NCBI GenBank assembly: GCA_964409365.1
Contig: CAYPCX010000004.1
Location: forward strand, 21,015 to 85,014
DNA length: 64,000 bases
Origin: an uncultured Planctomycetia bacterium
Lineage (GTDB): Bacteria > Omnitrophota > Gorgyraeia > Tantalellales > Tantalellaceae
Reading direction: 5' to 3'
Part shown: positions 17,782-29,300 of the stretch, piece after piece
Layout of the letters: the number at the start of each line of letters is the position of its first letter
Numbering within the stretch: position 1 is the first letter of the stretch
Made by a program: the position numbers and the translations under genes
The notes under the pieces: generated by a model
What the model saw: only the letters and a program-made list of their open reading frames with translations
Databases searched by the model: none
Told to the model about the DNA's origin: nothing

Positions 17782-18368
17782 AGATCATAAATGATCTTAT
17801 CCTTATATTCCTGGCTGCCGTCATCACGAACAACTTCGTGCTGACGTACTTTCTGGGCATATGTCCCTTTATAGGCGTATCGAACAAGATAGACAGCGCG
17901 ATAGGGCTCGGTATGGCCACGACGTTCGTAATGACCATGGCCGCGACGGTCACGTGGATCATATATCATTACATACTTGTTCCGTTCAACCTGGAGTTTT
18001 TGCAGTACGTAACGTTCATCATAGTTATAGCGAGTTTCGTGCAGTTCGTGGAGATGTTTATAAAGAAGGTCTCTCCGCCTCTTTATAAGGCGTTAGGTAT
18101 TTTCCTTCCGCTTATCACCACGAACTGCGCAATTCTGGGTCTTACGCTTTTCATGGTGCTTAAAGATTACGAGTTCCTCGAGTCGGTCATCTTCGGTTTC
18201 GGCGCGGGTGTGGGTTTTACGCTGGCCCTTGTTCTCATGGCCGGGATACGCGAAGAACTCGAGTTCGCCGACATCCCGGGACCCCTTAAAGGGTCGGGCA
18301 TCACCCTGATACTGGCGGGGATGCTTGCCCTGGCGTTCATGGGTTTCGGCGGTATTATAAGCAGGTGA
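17778..18368 (+). CDS. rnfA: Rnf complex subunit A
   Basis: NNFVLTYFLGICPFIGVS, LPLITTNCAILG. Confidence 0.95.
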   Translation: MKIINDLILIFLAAVITNNFVLTYFLGICPFIGVSNKIDSAIGLGMATTFVMTMAATVTWIIYHYILVPFNLEFLQYVTFIIVIASFVQFVEMFIKKVSPPLYKALGIFLPLITTNCAILGLTLFMVLKDYEFLESVIFGFGAGVGFTLALVLMAGIREELEFADIPGPLKGSGITLILAGMLALAFMGFGGIISR

Positions 18369-18384
18369 TCCGTTGCGTGAGGAT

Positions 18385-18572
18385 CGAGAGTTTAGATGTC
18401 AGGTCTTAGGGGTCAGAAGACAGAGGACAGAAGGACGTAGATGTCTGGAGGATATTAGTTGTTAGCTTTTAGTTCTTAGTTTTTAGTCGTACAACTCATG
18501 ACTAACAACTTACAACTCAACACTTGATACTGGTAACTGGTAACTGGTAACTGGTAACTGGTAACTGGTAAC
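18385..18572. repeat. Heptamer array with inverted copy of the 121-bp unit plus (CTGGTAA)x6
   Basis: 18411-18531 is the reverse complement of 11595-11715 with 6 mismatches; lies between rnfA and rnfB. Confidence 0.9.
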
Positions 18573-18591
18573 AGAACACACAATATGAACC

Positions 18592-19401
18592 ATGGATAAT
18601 CTGATGATAACGGCGATATTGAGCATGGCGGGACTGGCGATAGCGTTCGCGGCGGTCCTTGCGTTCGCCAACACGAAATTAAGGGTAGAGGAAGACCCGA
18701 GGGTGGACGTCATCAACCATCTTCTACCAGGGATCAATTGCGGCGCGTGCGGGTACCTCAGCTGCCACGACCTTGCGGAGCACGTGGTAAGGGAGGGGGA
18801 GGATCCCGCGAAATGCCGTGTAGTGGACGAGGAGACCAGGGAAAAACTTCTTGAGCTGACGGGCAGAGAGGGCGAAACGACTTATCCCTACATACCGCTT
18901 GTGCGGTGCGCGGCCGAATGGGAGCACAAGAAGAAAGAAGGAGTGGAGTATAAAGGCATCAAAACGTGCGCGGCGGCTAACCTCGCCTTCGGCGGGGGCA
19001 TGGACTGTGAATACGGCTGCATGGGGTTCGGCGACTGTGCCGAAGTATGTCCTTTCGACGCGCTCCATATGGAAAATGGCCTTCCCCGGCTCGACCAGGA
19101 GAAATGCACCGGTTGCGGAAAATGCGTCGAGGCATGCCCGCGCAACATCATAGTCCTTCAGGAGAAAAGGTTCGAGAAATTGTTTTACGTCGCTTGCAGC
19201 ACGCATGACGGGGCCTTAAGGGTCAGAGAGATCTGCAAGGTCGGCTGTATAGCCTGCGGGATATGCGAGAAACTTTCCCAGGAAGGGTTTTTCAAGGTAA
19301 CGGACAACCTCTCAAGGGCGGATTACTCCAAACAGGCCGACCCCGAAAAGGTAAGGCCCATAGCCGCCAAATGTCCGACGAAGGTGATAAAGGAAATTTA
19401 G
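18592..19401 (+). CDS. rnfB: Rnf complex subunit B
   Basis: LPGINCGACG, CEYGCMGFGDC, CTGCGKCVEACP. Confidence 0.93.
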   Translation: MDNLMITAILSMAGLAIAFAAVLAFANTKLRVEEDPRVDVINHLLPGINCGACGYLSCHDLAEHVVREGEDPAKCRVVDEETREKLLELTGREGETTYPYIPLVRCAAEWEHKKKEGVEYKGIKTCAAANLAFGGGMDCEYGCMGFGDCAEVCPFDALHMENGLPRLDQEKCTGCGKCVEACPRNIIVLQEKRFEKLFYVACSTHDGALRVREICKVGCIACGICEKLSQEGFFKVTDNLSRADYSKQADPEKVRPIAAKCPTKVIKEI

Positions 19402-19436
19402 GAAACAGGTGGCAGGAAACAGGTAACAGGGAAAAC

Positions 19437-21601
<2,165 letters not shown>

Positions 21602-21602
<1 letters not shown>

Positions 21603-22105
21603 TGAACATACGCCTTTTCGATGAAAAGTTCCGGGAGAATAAAACCCGGTATGTCGCCCAGGCCGTGTTGGGAAGCATGGCGGTAGGCGCGGCGCTTTTC
21701 TGGTTCGATATTGTCCGTAACCCCGTTGTGATAGCTTCTTTCGGCGCGAGCGGTTTTATCGCGTTCACCGAACCGCGGCAGAAATTCTCCGGCCCGCGGT
21801 ATCTCATAGGAGGGTACATAATAGGCATGGTCGTGGGGGCATCGGCCCATTACCTGACGGTCTTTCCCGTTCACCATTACATGACGCTCAAACTGATCCA
21901 TATTGCCGCCGGTGTCCTGGCGGTGGGATTGGCGATGTTCCTGATGTCGATAACGAACACGGAACATGCCCCAGCTTCCAGCATCGCCCTGGGGCTTGTG
22001 ATAAACGACTGGGATCATATCATCATAGTGAAGATCCTGGTGGGCATAATCATTATTTCCATGTCGCAGAGAGCGCTCAGGCGCTGGATGATCGATCTTG
22101 TCTAA
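21602..22105 (+). CDS. HPP family membrane protein
   Basis: IASFGAS, PR.LIGG, TNTEHAPA. Confidence 0.8.
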
Positions 22106-23046
22106 AGGAATTTTCTTGCCCGCCTGGGGTCTTTCAGGCCTTCGGTAGCGCCTCTGCCGGTGCAGGAGAGGGAGGATAAGGCAGAAGCGTATCGCAGATT
22201 TTCCTTCATTTCTTCCCAGAAAACGTCTTTTCCCGCGGAACAGTACCTGTGAATAAGGCCGGCGGTGAAACTGTCCCCGGCCCCGATCGTGTCCACGACA
22301 CGTACTCTGAAAGCGCTCTGGCGGAGTTTCTTTTTTCCGTCCCAGTAGAAAGATCCCTTTTCGCCCAATGTGACGATAAGTCCGCCTTTAAGATATTGTT
22401 CTATTCTTTTGATGGCGCCGTCCAGGCTTTTAGCCCCGGTAACACAGACCGCGTCTGTCTCACTGAGTTTTAAAAGGTCCACGAAAGGCAGGATCTTTTT
22501 TATCCTGCTCCTGGCGTTTCTCTTATCGGGTATTTTGGGAGCGCGCCAGTTAGGGTCATAAGTGACGAATACGTCTTCTTCTTTGGCGAGTTTCAGGAGG
22601 TCCCGGATAAGAGGGAAGAAGCGGTCGCTGTAGGAGAAAAAGGATCCCGTGTGCAGCACCGCCGTATCCCTGAAAAGGGCCTTGAGTTTTGTTTTGCCCG
22701 GTTTTTTATAAGGAGCGTCATATTCATAGAACTGGTATGTGGAGTTGCCTTTTTTGTCTACATGGGCGAAAGCAAGAGGGGCGTGTACTCTTTTATCCCT
22801 TATTATATGGCTTGTTTCTACACCTTGTTTGCTGAGTATTTCCACAAGGGCTGAGCTCATGGAGCCCACACCCAAACGTGATATCAGGACCGAAGGCAGC
22901 CCGAGGTGGGCAAGGATGATGGCGGTGTTGGTGGCCGATCCCCCTGCGTGGGCTTCAAGAACGAGATCGCCGGTCTTTTCATTCTTCTTAACTATAAGGT
23001 CAAAAAGCGATTCCCCGCAGCATATTATATGTTTCTTCTTTTTCAT
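22102..23046 (-). CDS. PfkB family carbohydrate kinase (fructokinase-like)
   Basis: GESLFD, GGSATN, YDPNWR, VTLGEKG, DTIGAGDSF; leaderless-type promoter TTGTCA-17-TAATAT 9 nt upstream. Confidence 0.92.
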   Translation of the reverse strand: MKKKKHIICCGESLFDLIVKKNEKTGDLVLEAHAGGSATNTAIILAHLGLPSVLISRLGVGSMSSALVEILSKQGVETSHIIRDKRVHAPLAFAHVDKKGNSTYQFYEYDAPYKKPGKTKLKALFRDTAVLHTGSFFSYSDRFFPLIRDLLKLAKEEDVFVTYDPNWRAPKIPDKRNARSRIKKILPFVDLLKLSETDAVCVTGAKSLDGAIKRIEQYLKGGLIVTLGEKGSFYWDGKKKLRQSAFRVRVVDTIGAGDSFTAGLIHRYCSAGKDVFWEEMKENLRYASALSSLSCTGRGATEGLKDPRRARKFL

Positions 23047-23249
23047 GTCTGAACAATATTACCACGTCACCCCTGGCCTGACAAGTCCTATCCCGGATGG
23101 GAACCATTCTAAAACACCACCCGGATGAGGTCAGGCTGAAGAGGGGGACAAGGCAAGGGCTATTAGCTAATAAACCATTGTTAATAAATCACTTGTGTCA
23201 AAATCACAATAATTATTAAAGAATTAAGGCCATAAAAGCTGGATTTTTA

Positions 23250-23279
23250 TTGACATAACTAACTATTTTATGTTATAAT
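23250..23279 (+). promoter_or_regulatory. Consensus sigma70 promoter of the giant gene
   Basis: TTGACA-18-TATAAT with TG extension, AT-rich upstream region. Confidence 0.8.
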
Positions 23280-23344
23280 GCCGCTACTTAAATTTATTAA
23301 ATTAACAACTATGTCCAATATGACTGAAGTTTAGCGGCTAATAT

Positions 23345-26300
23345 ATGAATAATTACTTTAACATACATAGATTGTGGTTCAAAACAGTTGCGACAGGCGT
23401 AGTATGCCTGTTCCTTCTGAATAATTTCTCCTTCGCGCTGGAACCGACCACGGGTCAAAGATCCTGTCATACCCTTTCTCCGCAGTCACGATTCCCATTC
23501 GTGATCAAAGATAGAGTAAATGAAACGGAACTCACGCAGAGGCTCCAGAATGACGCGGGGCTGATATACGTGAGCCTGCTGATAGGAAAGGTCCTGGCTG
23601 CCAACGGTAGCGTGATCAGCGACAGAGGCTTAAGAACGCTGATCGAAAGACACATTCTGCATATAGAACCTGTAAGTTTTGATTGGGAAAACCTCAGGAA
23701 AGAAGGGAAGACCTTTTGTCTTCCTTATACCGAAAAGGGCGGCAACCGGACAAGGATCCTTCGTTATTATTTACCGGAGGATAAACCTGAAGAGGCAATA
23801 GGGAAACGGTCCATACCTCTCGGAACGGGAAATGCCAGGGTTATTTTAGAGGATACCCGGGTAGACGTATCGGAATCTGTGTTTATTTTTAACGTTGGCA
23901 CCGATGATATAAAGGGAGGAACAGGAAGAGAACTGTACGAGACAAATAGAATAGCTCAGGGAATTTATGATAGAGCGGCAGAGGCCCTGGGGTGCGATGT
24001 TTCCATGTTGTTTTTAGAGGAAAAGAACAGGGGTATAACCGAACGGTGGGCTGTCGGCAACATTTTGTATGGGGTAGCCCTGTATGCGGCATTTTCCGGC
24101 AGAATGGAGACGAATGATGCTCCGATCGCGCTGGCCGGTAACAGTATGGGTGAGATAGGAGCCCTTATCGTGAGCGGCGCCGTGTCTTTGGAGGACGGTG
24201 TCAGGCTTGCCCGGTTTTGTGGACATTTTTTTGAGACGGTCGTAGATAAGGTCGATTATGGCGTCGTCATACTGGAAGGCATTGAGAGTGATGCTATCAA
24301 GGGTTTTCTTGATCCCGGAAAGGTCGAGCTGTTCCAGGATGTTTCTCCCAGCAGCATTTCCCTGGCTGTAAGCAGGGATGTCGACCATGAAGAACTGGTC
24401 AACCGGTTAAAAGAGGCCGGAGCGAGAAGAGCGCAATATTTCGAAAAGCCTTTGGTCAAAGGGTCTCATGTAAGCTGGTACAGTCGTTATGGGCAGGGCC
24501 TTGTAGATCAGATCAGGGAAATGAAGATAAGCGATCCGGAGATCCCCGTTATCTCGCCCGCGACAGGGGAGATCCTCACGACCGCTGACCAGGTAAGGGA
24601 AGATATCCAGACGCAGTTTTTTAGGCCGATCGCATGGCGCGGTGTGGTAGATAAGGCCGTGGAAAGCGGCGCAAGATCGATGCTGGCCTTCGGGCCGGGA
24701 TGGCGGATCATAAAAAGAACAGAATCGATGGGTTCCGGTATTGAGATTATCCCGGCGACGGATCTTGCGGAGCTTGAATCCTTGAAACATAAGGTCAGGG
24801 GGTTCGGTTCCGAGAATTTAAGGCCGGATATCGGTACTGTGGTGAAAGGGCAGGATGGGCATACTTATGAAATCAAAGAGATAATAACGACCGGGGGAAC
24901 AGCCATTATTTTCGGGGCCAGGGATATGGAAACGAGCAAGAACGTCGCGATAAAATTCCTGGATTTTTCTATTGTGCCGGAACCGGAAGAATTTATAAAG
25001 CTGTTCAAACGGGAAGTGGATGTTTTGAAAAAAGGGTTCACGTTCGCGCCTGGTTTTTATGACTGGAATATCGTCGATGATCCCAAAGGTTATGGTTGGA
25101 TAGCTATGGAAAAGCTCGAAGGCGTTGAATTGTGGAAATGGGCAGCGGATAAATATCAGGATCAGACGATAGGTGTGCAGGAGAAGGTGAGAGATATAGT
25201 AGAAATAGTGCAGAAAGTCCTCAACCATATGAGTGCCTTATATGAAAACGGCATTCAGTATCGCGAAGTGAACCGGAAAAATATTATCGTTACTCCGGAG
25301 AGCGAACCGAAGCTAGTAGATTTCGTCGGCGCGTGCGTTCCCGGGCATGACCCAATACCATTGAATAAACTTCCGTGCACCCCGAACTATTTACCGCCTG
25401 ATAGACACCGTGAAATAAAACTCAAAGGTCCGGGGGTCCTTGACGATGTGACAACTCCGCAGTACGACGTTTTTCAGATGGGCGTGTTGCTGTTCCACCT
25501 GGCTCGCATGACAGGCCCACCTGATGACGGTTCTTATTGGGATGTCTCATTCACATACGAGACATATACCCGGGAAAAGATCGAAGATATGTTGCCGCCT
25601 GCTTGGAAAAGGTTTGCCGGTGTTATTTTTAAAGCCACCGCTCGGGAGCTTGAAGACCGCTACGAGAGCGCGGAAGAAATGAAACGCGCCATTGAGGAGC
25701 AGGAAGATGCACCAGGTTCCGAAGGATTTGGTGATGGGACTCATGGCCCGGATTTCGGAAAATCAAACCGAAAAAAGTTCTGTTTAGTCGCAATGGGCGC
25801 GGTATCTCCCTGGGTGGTGCTGATTCTATTAGCTGGCATGGTCATATGTGATATGGTCTACGGCGTAATAAACCACGAAAGGTTCTACCAGGTGATCCTC
25901 AACAAACACCCGAAGCTTACCCTCGCGCTTAAAAACCTCTTCTACCGCCAGTACTTGCCTGATCTTATCTCAAAACCCCTCCAGAGGTGGGCTGTTTCAG
26001 CGCTGGGCCGTTTGATGGACAAGATAAAAGAATTCACCGATAAACTCCCGGGAATAAGATTTAGGGATCCAGTTGTTGTCATGGAGGCCGAACTTGCGGG
26101 GACGGGAGACAAAGTAATCAGTGACATCGGCTTCCAGGTGCCGATCGTATTCGAGATGTCCAAGTCCGGCAGAAAGGGCAGAGGAAGGGGATCCAATAAA
26201 AGAAGGAAACAGATGTCCAAACGGCCCCCGGCCGCAGAGGAGCCCAAACCATACGATGACCTGATCTCCTGCGCGGGATATGCTTTAAATAACCTGGTGA

Positions 26301-29300
26301 TCGTCAGGGAACAACCTGAGATGCTACAAGCGGCAAAAGATTTTTACGCTTATTTATCTGAAGCAGGGAAAGACATCTTGGACCAGTTGAATATAGATGA
26401 GAACAAACTACAGGATATAAGATCGATTTTGGAAGGAAGGGGTTTGTCTCCGGACATGGTCCGGTGTTTGAGGCAGGATGCGGAGATCATAACCGGCAGA
26501 ACGAAGGGTAAAGGTACGGTCAAAGCCTCCCCGAAAAGATTTTCGGACGATTATGAAATAGTCGAGGTCGCCGATGTAAAAACACTTGTTCCCGTTATTA
26601 TGTATGTTCAGGAAATGAAAGCGCGTGAAGTCACGGATGCGGAACTCTCATTATACGCGGTGACTGATGATGATTTGAGAAAAGGAGTTCGGATGCCGGA
26701 GAAATTACCGGCCGCAAAAGAGATGCTTTACAGGAAAGCGTTGAGAAACCTGAAAGATGTAAATTGGTACAAAAGGGGCTGGCAGGAAGTTCAGGGTTTA
26801 TCCCCGGCGAATAAACGTTTTCTGAAAGAAAAAGCGGAAGAGATATGCGGGGATAAACTTGAAAAGTGCTGGGGTTTTGTAGAAGGCATTTCAAGCGAGC
26901 AGGATTATGCCGAGAAACTAATGAGAACTGAGATTGCCACCGTGAACAGTATGCGTGATTTCACGGAGTTTATAATATTGTTGGCGTGTATTTACGGAGG
27001 CGAGCAGACGCATGATGAGATGCGCGTGGCCTTGGAAAATATAGAAAAAGAGCATGAAAATGCCGCCCTTCTCGGTGATGCGCCTGTTCTCGACAGACTT
27101 GACGAAGATGTATCGGTAAATGTAGGGACTTTCGCAAAGATCGCTTTTTCCTTTCTTGAACATGAAAAGGGCTTGGAAAGAGACAGTAAAGAGTACAGGG
27201 CGATACTGGATGCGGTACGGCGTATAAATTCCTCCGCTAAAGTGCAATGCCGGCCGGAATCGAGCGAGAGATGGATAAGGGACTTTTTGGCATGGATACA
27301 CGCGGGATTCAGGTATTATCTGATGCCGAAAGGCGGCGAGATATACGACGATCGGCATGGGCCGGGTGTGTTGCGTGAAGGCGGGGCCATTGTTCCGGGA
27401 AGGGCGGTAACACCCTTTACACTGGTATCCGGTGCCGTAAAAACTTCGGACGCCGAGCTTTTCTCCGCTGAGGCGGGGAAACTGGGAATATTTACTTATG
27501 TCCTTCCTCCCGGGTTTGTGACATGCCGGATATCTTCTACCGGAAGGAATATAATCCTTAAAACGGGGCACATTGATGTAGTCATGGGTGTTGTTCCGCC
27601 GGAGTTTACAAGCGATGGCAGAGCCAAACTCCTGATGGATCCGAGTTATCACAACCTGGTGAAAGACAACCCCGAATTTCTGCGTCTTTTGGAAGAACAG
27701 GGTTCTAATATGGATGTGGTCCTAATACATCCGGAAGAAACTTACCTTAACCTGGCCAATTTCAGCTCGCTCCTGGATGAAAATGGGCAGGTCAAACTGC
27801 TTTTTAATCACGACAAAGGCCTTACTTTGCCATATTTGAATTTGAAAACGGGTGTTCTTTTCCAGACGGATATGGAAATAACGGGAATGGCGGTTCTTAG
27901 GGGCCTGGTAAGGTGTATGACAAATATGCTTCCCGGGAGCTACGTAAAGGGAGGCGCCTCTACCAGCATCGTGATCCGTGATAGCGGTATGCCACCCGGT
28001 GTGGCGACAGGCCTTCATGCGTTAAGTAAGGACCCGGAACTGAAAAGGGTGTTGCAGGAGCTTTGGATAAATAGATTGACGATAACTGGGACTAAATTTC
28101 GTCCTATGTCCCTGGTCCATTATGATTCGTCAACCCGGAGGATTCTCGTCCAGTTGGGGAATGATCTTGTAAATGATCCCAGCGCCGCCTGCGATTATGT
28201 TATTAATTACTTAGAAGCAACCCGGCAGCGTCTGTGCCAGGATATGGGTATATCTGTCCAGGGGTTTGGTGATACCCGACAGATGGGTGGATCGGCCCCG
28301 GCTCCGGCCGGTATGTTCCCGTGGATGTGGCGCGTCTATGATCCGATAAAAAGAGGTCTTGAGAAGAGGGACTGGCCGGCGCGCCGGATCGCCGGTCTGA
28401 TAGGCGGCCTGGAAGAGCTGGGGATCGCGGGCCTGGTCATGAACGGGGCAGCTTTTGCGTTAAGTTATTTTTGCGGGATGCCTTTTATAACAGCTCTTCT
28501 GGTGACTTCAGCGGTCGCGGTGCCGTTTTTTCCGGCAGGACATATTAGAGGACGGTATTATATTCAAGGAGGGGGATTTGCCCCCGCTTTGCCTTCTAAT
28601 TTCTGGAAGGATATGGGCGTCCTTACAGTTCTTGGACTTACGACAAGATCCCTGCAGCTATTGCCTGTCGCAATGGTATGCGTGTTTAACCTTAATCCTG
28701 CCTTTACGCTGGTCGGCATCCCGCTTGCCGTTATCGCGCATGCTTATTATAACCATTCCGTAGCGCCCGAACGCAACCGCCCTCTCGGCATGCCATGGAA
28801 AGGTAAACCCCACAAGTGGACGCCGGAACGTATATCTGAAGAGCTTCGCATGATGTATTTTGACGGAGTGGATTCAAGAGGTGTGAAGTGCACACGTGAA
28901 GACCTTCGGATCGAAAAAATAAGAGACCATTATCAGGGTCTTGCTGTTGCGGTCCCGAGGACTTGGAAGGAAATGCTGAAGGAACAGGGAGTATCAGAGA
29001 ACAGCCGCCTTTATATTTACATGTCCGGGGAAGGCAGAAATCCCAGGGAAGGTATTAATAAGGCAGGATGGGAGTATTTCTGGGCGACGATCGGAGTGAA
29101 TTACGAAAGAGATATTGAAAAGAAACCGGGTGCTGCAGAAGGGGCTTATATACCGAACGCGACCGATAGCGGCATAGAACACCGTGATTTGAAAAAGTTC
29201 GTTCCGGAAGAAGATGAGCTGTTCGGTATTGTCAGGGAAATGTTGGGCGGGGAAGATCTCACTGAACACGAGATAGCTGATATCATCCTCAACGCGCCCG

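Noticed and set aside
18510-18737. 75-aa minus ORF ending VTSYQLPVTSYQLP
   Set aside because: Product of the (CTGGTAA)n array and the antisense strand of rnfB
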